Origin: an uncultured virus (IMG/VR IMGVR_UViG_3300028833_000080)
Taxonomy: Duplodnaviria; Heunggongvirae; Uroviricota; Caudoviricetes
Reading direction: 5' to 3' (one strand)
DNA: 20,000 nt
IMG/VR virus record: IMGVR_UViG_3300028833_000080
Each line of letters opens with the position of its first letter. Within the stretch, counting starts at the first letter, position 1. Below are positions 1 through 9,409 of this stretch, piece by piece. The notes beneath the pieces are model-generated. The model saw only the letters and a program-made list of their open reading frames with translations, had not been told where the DNA came from and searched no databases. Made by a program: the position numbers and the translations under genes.

Positions 1-985
1 CGCGAACGCCGACTTTCTTGTAAACCTGAACCTCTCTTGATCTATCATAGTTTGTGTACTCGTCAACAATTGTCTGTCCTTCAAAAGCAATCTTAACGGG
101 CTTTTCAGCACCAGTAGGAATAATGTATGCGTAACTAGGATCAATAACCTTAGTTCCATTAGGTCCTGTCTGATTAGCTTCCCAAGACTGAGCAAGTACA
201 ATTACCTGGTGACCTTTGTAATTAGCAAGGTAACCATTCTGCCATCTGTTATTCTTCATCTCGTTAGAAATCCAGTCACCAGACTGAGGAATCATCTGAG
301 CTGCGAACTCAAGTGTGCAGTAAATAGTTGCATGAGCATAAGAATCAGCTTTGCTAAGCAAAGTATCAAACTTATCTTCATTAAAACCAGCTGCAGTGTC
401 ATAGTTGTTAGGGTTAATGTTAGCAATAGCACCGTTGAGCTGTTTCTCAATCTCAATATAAATGCATTCGTCAAGACCTTCCATAACAACATCAAGAACA
501 TCTGCGAAATCTACTCTACCATCAAGGAATTCCTCGAATCCGATCTGAGCAGCACCACCAATAGCATTAGTTGTTACTTCATAACTTGCTCCATCAAGCT
601 TAAATACTTCATAAAGACCAGCAAGACCAACCTTACCAATAAAGTTTTTAGCACGATTTCTTGAAGCAGTAGTAATCTTCTGTGTAAAGATGGGCTTGTC
701 ACCCTGAGCGAATGTCTTAATCTCAGCAAATGAAGAATAATTCTGCATTACCTTCTGAGGAAGAACATCATCAATAGTCTGCTCAATTAAAGCAAAAATA
801 GTATTTTTATTCTCTCTATAAAGAGCATATGTGCCAGCAAGTTCTTTGAATTCATTTCTAAGAGCTTCCTGCATTTCGTTATAGCTAAAATTCTTATCTC
901 CAAAGCTATAAGCAATAGGAGCAGAAGGATTAGCTTTTGCGACAGTCTTAGCTAAAGTAAGCATATCTTTAAATTCTAAAGCCAT
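1..985 (-). CDS. Major capsid protein (3' end runs off the window)
   Basis: Not in the ORF track because no stop lies in the window. ATG at 985 follows SD AGGAGG and reads MALEFKDMLTLAKTVAKANPSAPIAYSF...LIEQTIDDVLP...IGGAAQIGFEEFLDGRVDF. Codon usage is strongly biased, and the gene lies after portal, protease and decoration genes. Confidence 0.85.
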   Translation of the reverse strand, partial: MALEFKDMLTLAKTVAKANPSAPIAYSFGDKNFSYNEMQEALRNEFKELAGTYALYRENKNTIFALIEQTIDDVLPQKVMQNYSSFAEIKTFAQGDKPIFTQKITTASRNRAKNFIGKVGLAGLYEVFKLDGASYEVTTNAIGGAAQIGFEEFLDGRVDFADVLDVVMEGLDECIYIEIEKQLNGAIANINPNNYDTAAGFNEDKFDTLLSKADSYAHATIYCTLEFAAQMIPQSGDWISNEMKNNRWQNGYLANYKGHQVIVLAQSWEANQTGPNGTKVIDPSYAYIIPTGAEKPVKIAFEGQTIVDEYTNYDRSREVQVYKKVGVR

Positions 986-1003
986 TTCTTTTTCCTCCTA
1001 ATC

Positions 1004-1627
1004 TTAATGTACTCTCTGGAGCTTAAGTCCAGGCTGTCCATCAGGCATTGTATATACCTTTACTACAACCCAAATCATTCCAGTTGTTGCAGTGTTATCT
1101 GTTTCAAGAACAAGTGTTTTAGAATTAGTATCCTTAACAGGAACTAACTTATCACCTACGGAATACTCAATACCAGTACCAATCTTAACCATGTTAGTTG
1201 TATAAATATCACCAACATTTGTCTTGAAAAGACGAGGAGCAATTCCGTCCATTCTATAACCATAATCTGGATGTGCGGGATTAGCAGCTACACCCTGGTT
1301 TAAAGCACCGTCACCATAACCAGCAGTAGCAAGATCAGTAGTAACATAATTGTCACCAACTCTAATCATTGCGAAATCCTTATAAGAAGTTCTCCAGAAA
1401 GGCTCATAAAGTTTAATTTCGTTAAATACAAGCATAGGTTCTGCTACACCAGTTGAATCATCTGCAGATACTTTACCAGCGGCTTCATCATAGTACATGA
1501 ATTCACCATTCTGAAGAGTAGTAACAGTAGAATCAAGAGGAAGGCTAGCATAAATCTGACCTGTTTTCTGAGCAGAAAGCTGATTAGGCTCTACCTGACC
1601 ATATTTAACTCTTGTAAAATCAGCCAT
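1004..1627 (-). CDS. Probable head decoration / minor capsid structural protein (207 aa)
   Basis: SD GGAGG, beta-rich composition, codon bias like the capsid gene, and position between scaffold and major capsid genes. Function is inferred from synteny. Confidence 0.6.
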   Translation of the reverse strand: MADFTRVKYGQVEPNQLSAQKTGQIYASLPLDSTVTTLQNGEFMYYDEAAGKVSADDSTGVAEPMLVFNEIKLYEPFWRTSYKDFAMIRVGDNYVTTDLATAGYGDGALNQGVAANPAHPDYGYRMDGIAPRLFKTNVGDIYTTNMVKIGTGIEYSVGDKLVPVKDTNSKTLVLETDNTATTGMIWVVVKVYTMPDGQPGLKLQRVH

Positions 1628-1646
1628 TTATTTTTCCTCCTTGTTA

Positions 1647-2345
1647 TTATTCAGCGTTTTTAACGGCTTCAACCGCTTTCAACCAAGCAGGAAGGCTATT
1701 ATCTTCTGCTTCATGAATATTGAAAGTAGTTGGAATTACTTTTTCATTTTTTGCATCTTCTTCTTCATTAAGATTGAAATTTACTTTCTTTCTAACACAG
1801 ATAACAGAAAGTTCTTTCTCAATATCATCTAAAGTATATTCAGATTTCTTTGCGATAACTTCTTTTTTATCTTCATCAGAAAGCATATAAAAACTATTGA
1901 TAAGAGCGTCTTTCTCTTTATTTTCAACTTCTAACTTAAAAGAAGTAAGATTATTATTTTCAGCCTTGAGAGAAGCATTTTCAGCTTCAAGGGCTTCATA
2001 CTTTTCTTGAAGTTCTTTTACCTGTTGTTCCATAAGAGCATATTTTTCTTCTAATTCATTCTTAGAAATTTTCTTTTTCTTTTTATCTTCAGGCTCTTCT
2101 TCATCTTTAGGAAGATCTTCTATAGTATCTTCACTTTTATCATTATCTTCTAAATCAGCTTTGTCCTGTTCTTCTAAAGAAATTTCAATATTTTTTTCTT
2201 CTTCTTCAACAACAGTATCAGAGCTTTCCTCTGCGGGAGCTGCCTCTGCTTCTACCTCGATATTATCTACTATAGGTTCTGCGGGGGTAACTTCTGCTTC
2301 AGTAGAATCAGATTCAAGAACAACAAACTCTTTATTCTGTTCCAT
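1647..2345 (-). CDS. Putative nested in-frame scaffolding protein (232 aa, MEQNKEF...)
   Basis: Internal AAAGGAGG-7nt-ATG at 2345, in frame with the protease ORF, at the boundary between the globular domain and the acidic/coiled-coil part. Confidence 0.65.
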   Translation of the reverse strand: MEQNKEFVVLESDSTEAEVTPAEPIVDNIEVEAEAAPAEESSDTVVEEEEKNIEISLEEQDKADLEDNDKSEDTIEDLPKDEEEPEDKKKKKISKNELEEKYALMEQQVKELQEKYEALEAENASLKAENNNLTSFKLEVENKEKDALINSFYMLSDEDKKEVIAKKSEYTLDDIEKELSVICVRKKVNFNLNEEEDAKNEKVIPTTFNIHEAEDNSLPAWLKAVEAVKNAE

Positions 2346-3053
2346 TGAGGTTCCTCCTTTATTTATTGATGTTAAACTCTTTAATTCTTCCATCATTGTA
2401 AATAATGTAGAAGTAAATTTATCACCTTTGCTAAAACTTGCGCTTACCTTGGGAGCTTCTACAGAAGCACCTTCAAAGCAAGGTTCTACATCTTCTCCTA
2501 AAATACAAAGTTTAGAAAAAATAGCGTCATTAATAATGAAAAAATCCATACCTCTATTATTGTCTGTTGACCAATGACCTTTTAAAGTTTTTTCATCTAA
2601 TTCCATTGATTGAGGACGACCTTCATTGATAACCTTTTGAGCTTCTTCATACTGATGTGTCCAAAGATATCCTTCAGACATTAAGTAAGTACGAGTAACC
2701 GTATTTCCAAACTCATCTGTATCATCAAAATCTTGGAACCAAACTTTTGCATCTGGAGCAACAAAACCATAAGGCTTTGTTAAACATTTAAATTTAACTC
2801 CATCTCCATCAATGATCATCTGATCCCCATGGTCTCTAAAATCTTCTTGGTTTTCACTATAATAACCAACAATAGGACAACCTGGGAGAGTCTGTGCCAT
2901 CTGTGTGGCAACTTCTTTAGTAATATAACTACCATTGCGGTTGCCACCTAAATAAAGCACTTTAATTTCACATCTTGATGCAAAAGGACTTATTCCTTCA
3001 ATATTAATAAATTCTGGAGAAGAGATTGTTGCAACACTTAATCTATTTGACAT
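1647..3053 (-). CDS. Prohead protease fused to scaffolding domain (468 aa)
   Basis: Globular N-terminal domain (NRNGSYI, DHGD, QSMEL, LCILG..VEPCFEGA), then a very acidic linker and a coiled coil. Directly downstream of the portal gene. Confidence 0.8.
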   Translation of the reverse strand: MSNRLSVATISSPEFINIEGISPFASRCEIKVLYLGGNRNGSYITKEVATQMAQTLPGCPIVGYYSENQEDFRDHGDQMIIDGDGVKFKCLTKPYGFVAPDAKVWFQDFDDTDEFGNTVTRTYLMSEGYLWTHQYEEAQKVINEGRPQSMELDEKTLKGHWSTDNNRGMDFFIINDAIFSKLCILGEDVEPCFEGASVEAPKVSASFSKGDKFTSTLFTMMEELKSLTSINKGGTSMEQNKEFVVLESDSTEAEVTPAEPIVDNIEVEAEAAPAEESSDTVVEEEEKNIEISLEEQDKADLEDNDKSEDTIEDLPKDEEEPEDKKKKKISKNELEEKYALMEQQVKELQEKYEALEAENASLKAENNNLTSFKLEVENKEKDALINSFYMLSDEDKKEVIAKKSEYTLDDIEKELSVICVRKKVNFNLNEEEDAKNEKVIPTTFNIHEAEDNSLPAWLKAVEAVKNAE

Positions 3054-3070
3054 TTTTTCTCTCCTTACTA

Positions 3071-4669
3071 TTAAGATTGACTTTCTTTATTTTGTAAAGT
3101 CTTTTCTGATTTTTGATCATCGGGAAGTTCTTTTCGTCCTGCGCCGTCTGACTCTGGATTAGAAGATCCCCCATTCCCGCGTACTCTATTAAGAATATTT
3201 TCATTCATAGTGGAACTCATAAGAGGCGGAATAAATACATTAACCAAATCAAGAACATCATTTTCAAAATAAGCATTAGCAAGAATACTGCTTTGACTTT
3301 GTCCTAATGCAATTTGTGGTAGCATTTTAGAGAAGCCAATCTGCATTTGTTCTTTATAAAGTTTAGATAATTCTTTATAATTATAAATTGTAGTTGTTAA
3401 AAGTTGAACTCTATACTCTATCTTTTTATTTGTATTACAAGGAATTAATAATTCATTTAAAAACTCTTCAAACTGAAGTAACATATTATACATAGTTGCT
3501 TCATCATTTAAAATAGATTTTTCCAATGCAATATTACCATCGGTATTAAATTGCATTTGAGAGACTCCCGCTTCATTGTAAACCTGTCTCTCAACTCTTT
3601 GCAAATCATCTGTTTGAGAAGATGCCTGAGAATCAGTCATATCTTTTACATCAACATCTGCAAATGTAGTAAGTACATCAACTCCGATTGCTCTACTTAA
3701 CATTTGTACTGCATTATTATGAAGTTGTTGTGCTTCATCTACATCAAATATTAACTCCCCATTTTTATCTAATGGCATTTTCTGAATAACAATCTTTAAG
3801 AGTTTCTGTAAAGTTTTCTTTTTATCTAGGTCTTGAGCTTCATCTAAATCAATTATAAGCGGTATAACTGAAATGAAAGCTGGATATTCTTCTCCATTAA
3901 CAGTAAATCTCACTGTCATTTTTGGATCTAATAAGTACCAACCATTTGTATCCCCTTGAAATTCAGGAGGTAATTTACCCTTTTTATAAAGAATATATCC
4001 TTTTTTGAATTCATCTGGGAAAAGATCTAATATTTTTATTCTTTGAACAGTATTTTTAAACTGTTCATCAAAATACTTCATATTAAATTCAACCGCAGGT
4101 TTGTTTCCACAATTATATCTAGTTCTACAATAATTAGGCGGTAATTCTTGAAGAACTATACTATTATTATAAGGTATTTTATACCCATAATAAACTCCAT
4201 AACGAAGAATTTTTAAAGCTATCTCACCAAAATTCTTTTTTACTCCATAAGTATCTAAAATCTTTAGACTTTTTGAAAATCCTGCTAATAATTTTTTATT
4301 ATCTACATTTTCACTATTTACATATGGAGTAACCATCCAATCATATCTATACATAAAAGCCATATATCTTAAAATGCGAGAGTAAATTCCGCTTGTCTTA
4401 TAAAAGAAATCTGAAATCTCTCGCATTAAGGGGATATCTCCCGTAGAAATAGCTTTTAGGATAGTGGGTTTATCTGCTAATCGAGGATTAACTTTTTTAT
4501 AATCACCTAATCTTAAAATAGCATCATCTAAAATTTTGGCTCCAACTTTAATTTTTGAAAAATCTGTTATTGGAAGACCTGTATAACCTGAAGGTTGAGA
4601 TTGGTTAGTATCTATAGGATTTATCATACTAAATCCTTTTGCTTTTATATCTTCTATTCTATTTCGCAA
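3071..4669 (-). CDS. Portal protein (532 aa, TTG start)
   Basis: Size, position between terminase and protease genes, helical character, and a low-complexity C-terminal tail with a GR motif. SD AAGGAGG precedes the TTG. Confidence 0.8.
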   Translation of the reverse strand: MRNRIEDIKAKGFSMINPIDTNQSQPSGYTGLPITDFSKIKVGAKILDDAILRLGDYKKVNPRLADKPTILKAISTGDIPLMREISDFFYKTSGIYSRILRYMAFMYRYDWMVTPYVNSENVDNKKLLAGFSKSLKILDTYGVKKNFGEIALKILRYGVYYGYKIPYNNSIVLQELPPNYCRTRYNCGNKPAVEFNMKYFDEQFKNTVQRIKILDLFPDEFKKGYILYKKGKLPPEFQGDTNGWYLLDPKMTVRFTVNGEEYPAFISVIPLIIDLDEAQDLDKKKTLQKLLKIVIQKMPLDKNGELIFDVDEAQQLHNNAVQMLSRAIGVDVLTTFADVDVKDMTDSQASSQTDDLQRVERQVYNEAGVSQMQFNTDGNIALEKSILNDEATMYNMLLQFEEFLNELLIPCNTNKKIEYRVQLLTTTIYNYKELSKLYKEQMQIGFSKMLPQIALGQSQSSILANAYFENDVLDLVNVFIPPLMSSTMNENILNRVRGNGGSSNPESDGAGRKELPDDQKSEKTLQNKESQS

Positions 4670-4699
4670 AGAGATACCTCCTTTTCAATCTTCCACTTT

Positions 4700-4743
4700 A
4701 TTATAACAAAAATTTAGTGAAAAGTCAAGTACTTTCCACTAAA
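4700..4743 (-). promoter_or_regulatory. SigmaA-type promoter for the portal-head operon, overlapped by an inverted repeat
   Basis: Minus strand TTGACT-17-TATAAT with a TG extension (4728..4700). The inverted repeat TTTAGTGAAAAG (4713-4724) / CTTTCCACTAAA (4732-4743) straddles the -35 box. Confidence 0.7.
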
Positions 4744-4761
4744 AGTTTTGTTTTTATCGCG

Positions 4762-5124
4762 TTATTCCCAACCATAAGCCGCTTTCATAATATAATCATA
4801 ATCAATAAATTGTTCTTCCCAATAAGGAATAGCAATTAATGTATAACCATGAGTTAAACAATAATTTCGTTTTTTCGCATCATTATGTTTCTGTTGATAT
4901 AAGCCTCTAGCTCCACCAAATTTTGATTTAGCTTCATAATGCTGAATACCTTGATATTCAATTAAAAAATCTATATCTCCATCATCTGTAAAAACAGCGA
5001 AATCAAAACGAAGTGGCCTTCCGCTTTCTGCGACTAGATCTGGAAAACTATATTCTTCTTGAAAAGATAGTCCCGCAGCAGTTAAAACTTCTTCAATTTT
5101 TATTTCTCCTCTACTAGACCTCAT
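4762..5124 (-). CDS. Small PD-(D/E)XK / Vsr-DUF559-like endonuclease (120 aa)
   Basis: Motifs SRGE..I, LRFDF, IEYQGIQHY, D..K..YC...GY.LI.IPYW are typical of this fold. Confidence 0.7.
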   Translation of the reverse strand: MRSSRGEIKIEEVLTAAGLSFQEEYSFPDLVAESGRPLRFDFAVFTDDGDIDFLIEYQGIQHYEAKSKFGGARGLYQQKHNDAKKRNYCLTHGYTLIAIPYWEEQFIDYDYIMKAAYGWE

Positions 5125-5194
5125 AATATACTTTTCCTTCCTATCTATATTACATTTTACCTTAAATTTATTTAATAATTCCCGCCCAAAATTT

Positions 5195-6687
5195 TTAAGA
5201 AAAAAACATTAATTTACTAATATCTCTACTTTTTCTTTTCTTTCTCTTTTCTTCCTCTTGTTTAATATAATATAATCCATAAATAAAAGCTGAAAACTTA
5301 TCCTTTTTAATACTTCTTGTGCTTTGCTTAAGGATAATATTCATACCTTCATTACTTTCAACAAGATTAAGAATCTGTTCTCTTAAAATAGATGTTAATT
5401 GATATGGACGTAAATAATCATTTCTTTGGTCTGCATTAAAATTCTGTCCTTGTTTAGTACTCATAAGCTTAGTTTTAGCAGCCTGCTCATCTATTAAAAA
5501 TTTCACCTTTCCGCTTGCCATTTGTGTTTGAGCATAAGAATAAGCTTCTGTATTAATAGGAGCATTTGCTTTTATAAGATACATTGCATCTTCTTCTACC
5601 CCAATACCCTTGATTTTTTTATAAGGTGCAGTAGCCTCTTCTGATGTACCATCAGCGACACCAAAAGGAGGTAAATCTTCTCCGCTTTCTGGATCGACTT
5701 GTGCTTTAGTCATAAAATCAATAAGACCGACGCCTAAACCATTTGCATCAATAGCAAGCATTTTTGCATGATATTTATAGTATAGCTTTTTTAAATTAAT
5801 TGCTTGTATTTCAAAATCTTCTGCATCATAGGTATATATATTAACCATTGTTTTTAAATCAGCTCCTTGAGGTTGCGGGGTTGCCTTAAGAACAACAGCC
5901 TCTGTAGTACATCCCAATCTACCTACATCAACCCCTATTACATAGTAAGCTGATTTAGATGACCTTCCGCTGAATTCATATTCAGGTTGTAATAATACTC
6001 TATTTTTATCAAATTTTTCTGCTGAGAAAAAAGCACCTTCAACAGACCCCGTCCAAATTGAACGATATTCTCTATCAAATGATTCTTCATTAAATGTTCC
6101 TTGTAATCTAAGTTGATCAACAAAATCTTCAGATAACAATCCTTCAGTTACAGGGGTTTCATAAGTACCGCCCATAATCATAAAATTATCTGGATCAATA
6201 ATACTTTGAACAAGAGTCTCAATTAATTTATCATAAGCGAACGAATTTTTGAATCCCGCTGTAGTAATATATATTTGGCTCTTATTAACAACTTCCTCTA
6301 CATGACGAGTGCCATCGCTTAAATATCTATCTACGTTAGTAGTAGGAATTATAACTTCATTAAGAATATCTCCATCAATGAGAACACATTCCTCCATTAA
6401 ACCGCCAGTTCTACGCTGACCTCTAGAAGATTGTCTCGCTGCAAGGATATCAATAGAAGAGCCATTTTTAAATACATATTTAACATCATCTTTTGATTTC
6501 TTAGATACGCCTCTTGCCCAGTTAATTTCATTATTAAGTGCTGGAAGCAAAGTACAAATTTCCTCGATCTTTGCTATTGTAATACTAGCTGCTTGCTCCT
6601 TACCGCCTGTTGTAACAAATAAATGACTATTTGGATAAAGAATACATCTAAGCATAAGAGCCATCATACTTAAAAATGATTTACTAT
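5195..6687 (-). CDS. terL: Terminase large subunit, exon 2
   Basis: Frame extends upstream of the annotated ATG to ...SKSFLSMMAL. Contains Walker B-like GGLMEE, coupling motif ITTA, and RNase H-like nuclease motifs IGVDVG, AIDANG and KDKFSA. Confidence 0.9.
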
Positions 6688-7901
6688 CTTGATATTCTAT
6701 TAGATTCGCAAAATCTAATACGTTCTCTTATGAACTGCTATATGTTTCCATATAGAATAGACTATATCACACTCTAATTAAAGAGTCCTTCCATTTCGAT
6801 TTAAGGGATTCTCACCCACCGCATAAGCTTCGGTCCTACTCCTATTGCCTTTATTTATTTATCCTCGAAGGCTATTTCAGGATAGTCGTTGAAGTTTTAT
6901 TCTATATATTTAAAATGAAATCCACCATGACTTTTGTTTACTCCTCGGCATACCTTAGATATTGTACTACTATCTAAATTCAACTGTCGAGCTGCTTCAG
7001 CACATGAATCAAAATAAGCAATATGTTCATCAGTCAATGTTAATTGTTCTACTTTCTTACATGAAGAATTAGTTTTAGTATTATATAATGCAGCTTTAAC
7101 ATTTTCACTTAAAGTAATAAGTCTTAAATTTTCTAATCTATTATCAGTTTTATTTGCATTAATATGATCTATAACATAACCTTCAGGTATTTCATCAATT
7201 TGATGAAACAAACAATAAACCATTTTATGAACTACTATGTCTTTAGTGATTCCTTTATTGCTTAATCTAACTTTATAATAACCACAAGTTAAAGAGGGTT
7301 TTAATAATAATAAAGTTTCATCATTTCTAACCCTTCCTAAATTTGAAACAGAATAATTATATCCTTTAATAGATTTCCATTCTTCATTAGGTAAATCTTC
7401 TTTATAATATTCTTTTTTAGAAATAGGTTTAATTAATTTTTCTTGATGAGCATGGGTAGTATTTTCTGAATAACTTACCCATTCTAAATTAACTATATCA
7501 TTATTTAATTTGTCCCCATCTTTATGATTTACTACTGGTAGATTATTAGGGTTAGGAATGAAAGCTTCCGCCACCAATCTATGTGCATAAAACATTTTTT
7601 TAGTATTATTTTTTGATAATCTATAATATTTATATCCATGTTCTCCAATGGAACCTTTTAAAATTTTTCCTGTTAATGTATTTAATACATCTCCATTATC
7701 ATAAATAAGATAATTATCATAATCAGGTATCTGTTTTGTCATAGTGGATTCTCCTTTTTAATATATAAAATACTTACCTGCGGATTTCCTTGACGAAATA
7801 ATTTTTTCCTCAAGTATCTTCTAATATTATTTCATTTTAGGATTCCCGCAATTAAAAAGGTTTGTCCAAGTTTTTTATAAAACTTTTGGCGCAATTTATT
7901 C
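6688..7901 (-). mobile_element. Group I intron (subgroup IA-like), 1214 nt, with homing endonuclease gene in the P6 region
   Basis: The 5' exon ends in U (GCGU) and pairs with guide GCGC through a U.G wobble; the intron ends in G (6688). Core elements: P AATTGCGGGAA, Q AATCCGCAG, R TTCAACGACTA, S GATATAGTCT; P7 GACTA/TAGTC; P3 CCTTTT/GGAAGG; P9 CTATATG-GAAA-CATATAG. Splicing restores GCG TAT AGT AAA TCA (FPRAYSKSF). Confidence 0.93.
6897..7742 (-). CDS. Intron-encoded HNH homing endonuclease with two tandem NUMOD4-HNH units and a C-terminal NUMOD1/IENR1 domain (281 aa)
   Basis: HRLVAEAF..VNHKDGDKLNN..NLEW and HKMV..F..IDHINANKTDN..NLRL; EEWKSI..Y.VSNLGRVR (NUMOD4); FDSCAEAARQL...ISKVCRG (NUMOD1). 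Has its own SD AAGGAG. Confidence 0.92.
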   Translation of the reverse strand: MTKQIPDYDNYLIYDNGDVLNTLTGKILKGSIGEHGYKYYRLSKNNTKKMFYAHRLVAEAFIPNPNNLPVVNHKDGDKLNNDIVNLEWVSYSENTTHAHQEKLIKPISKKEYYKEDLPNEEWKSIKGYNYSVSNLGRVRNDETLLLLKPSLTCGYYKVRLSNKGITKDIVVHKMVYCLFHQIDEIPEGYVIDHINANKTDNRLENLRLITLSENVKAALYNTKTNSSCKKVEQLTLTDEHIAYFDSCAEAARQLNLDSSTISKVCRGVNKSHGGFHFKYIE

Positions 7902-8151
7902 ACGCTCGAGGGAAAGTTGCATAAACCACTTTATGTCGCATTACACATCTAAGAAAAATTCTTTGATAAAAATAGAAATTAAAAGTACTATCTGGCCCTT
8001 TCATAAAATCAACCAGGTAGTCAGGATACTCTCTATAAAAAGCTACAAGCTCTCTTAAATTATTTACTTGAGCTTTAAGTCTTTCTTCAGACATTCCTTG
8101 TTTAATTTCTTGGCGGGAACTAGATAAATCTAATAAATTTTGTAAACTCAT
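7902..8151 (-). CDS. terL: Terminase large subunit, exon 1
   Basis: FYFYQRIFLR (adenine-binding YQ motif) ...VYATFPRA ends at the start of Walker A. Joined with exon 2 it gives 1743 nt, or 580 aa. Confidence 0.9.
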
Positions 8152-9407
8152 TCTTCTTCATCTACTCCTCTCTGTTGCATTTCCAAATCTTTCTCTACAT
8201 CTTGCTGTAAAGCCTCTTGGAATGCATTATAATCTTCATCTTCTAATTCAACATAATCAAGACCTTGTTCTTTTGCTTTTTGGCGGTCTCGTTTCATTTC
8301 ATCAGCACTCTGTTTATTCTTTAAATATTGTTCAATTTCTTCTGCCAATGATTTATCTTCATAAATTAAAGATTTATTATATGCTTTAAGGTCATCTATT
8401 ATTTTATCAATAATATCATAAGGTACTTTTATTTCATATTTGGGAATAGCTCCACCAACTTTTTCACAATAGTCAACCATCTGTCCTATTGAATCAACAA
8501 AATCCGCTTTATCTTCTTTATTCTGAGCCTCTGTAAATTTTGCAGATTTCATCATTGCATCGTATACTCTAGATAATTTTTGATATGATTCAACATCTCC
8601 GCAATCAATTGCTTGATTCATCTTAAGACTAGTTTTGCATATCATTTTAAGAGTATCTTCACGAGCTGCTCCTTGAATATCAAAGCTATTCATAAAATCA
8701 TTATATTTTTGCTCTAATATAACCCATTCATCAGCTCTATATAATCTACCCCATTTTGTTGCAAGATAAATTTTATCTTCATCTGTTAAATCTGCACCAA
8801 CATCTGGGAGATCAACCTGCTCAAAATTTCCATTAACTGGATAAACAGATCCGTTCACCTGGCTTCCCGCATTTAAAAAGTCTTCCGCACTTGTAACTTC
8901 CGCACTTGGTTTAGGAGCATTGATTTCCGCATATGTTAAATATTGAGCTTCAGTAATCTCTCCATTTTCATATGCTTGTTTCATATCTTCTATTTTTTGT
9001 TGAATTTGCTCTTCTGGTGCACCATACATTTTAGCTTGTTGTGCAGCCATTTCCGCTAACCGCTCTGTATCATTCCAAGTATAATCTTTCCATTGTTTTA
9101 ATTTCATTTTAGAAAGATATTTACCAAAAACAGACATTCCATTCATTTTATAAGGATCTTTTTGATAAGCGCGATCCCGCAATGTATTCCATTCCGCTTC
9201 TATATAAGGAACGTCATACTTTTCTAATAACCATAAAAAGGTAGAGGGGTCAAAGTTATTGACATGCATGGTTTCACAAGCTTTACACAAGTCTGAACGA
9301 GTGCCATCTTTTTGAAGATAAAATTTATCTTCAACCATTGTTTTATTACATTTAGAACAATAATGTTGAGCTTTTGGAGCTGCCATTTTAATTGGTCCTG
9401 TTGGCAT
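8148..9407 (-). CDS. Zn-finger protein upstream of terL (419 aa); candidate terminase small subunit
   Basis: N-terminal CSKC...KDG...CKAC; the rest is helical; overlaps the terL start (ATGA). Function is from position only. Confidence 0.5.
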   Translation of the reverse strand: MPTGPIKMAAPKAQHYCSKCNKTMVEDKFYLQKDGTRSDLCKACETMHVNNFDPSTFLWLLEKYDVPYIEAEWNTLRDRAYQKDPYKMNGMSVFGKYLSKMKLKQWKDYTWNDTERLAEMAAQQAKMYGAPEEQIQQKIEDMKQAYENGEITEAQYLTYAEINAPKPSAEVTSAEDFLNAGSQVNGSVYPVNGNFEQVDLPDVGADLTDEDKIYLATKWGRLYRADEWVILEQKYNDFMNSFDIQGAAREDTLKMICKTSLKMNQAIDCGDVESYQKLSRVYDAMMKSAKFTEAQNKEDKADFVDSIGQMVDYCEKVGGAIPKYEIKVPYDIIDKIIDDLKAYNKSLIYEDKSLAEEIEQYLKNKQSADEMKRDRQKAKEQGLDYVELEDEDYNAFQEALQQDVEKDLEMQQRGVDEEE

Positions 9408-9409
9408 AA

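Noticed and set aside
209..4839. Plus-strand ORFs 209..664, 1641..1832, 2161..2577 and 4639..4839, and alternate-frame ORF 292..501
   Set aside because: They are shadows of the capsid, scaffold and portal genes, with no SD and unnatural composition.
7900..7902. Stop-codon recoding, frameshift or intein as the explanation for the split terminase
   Set aside because: Group I core motifs and U/G splice sites restore the frame exactly, and other long genes translate intact with the standard code.
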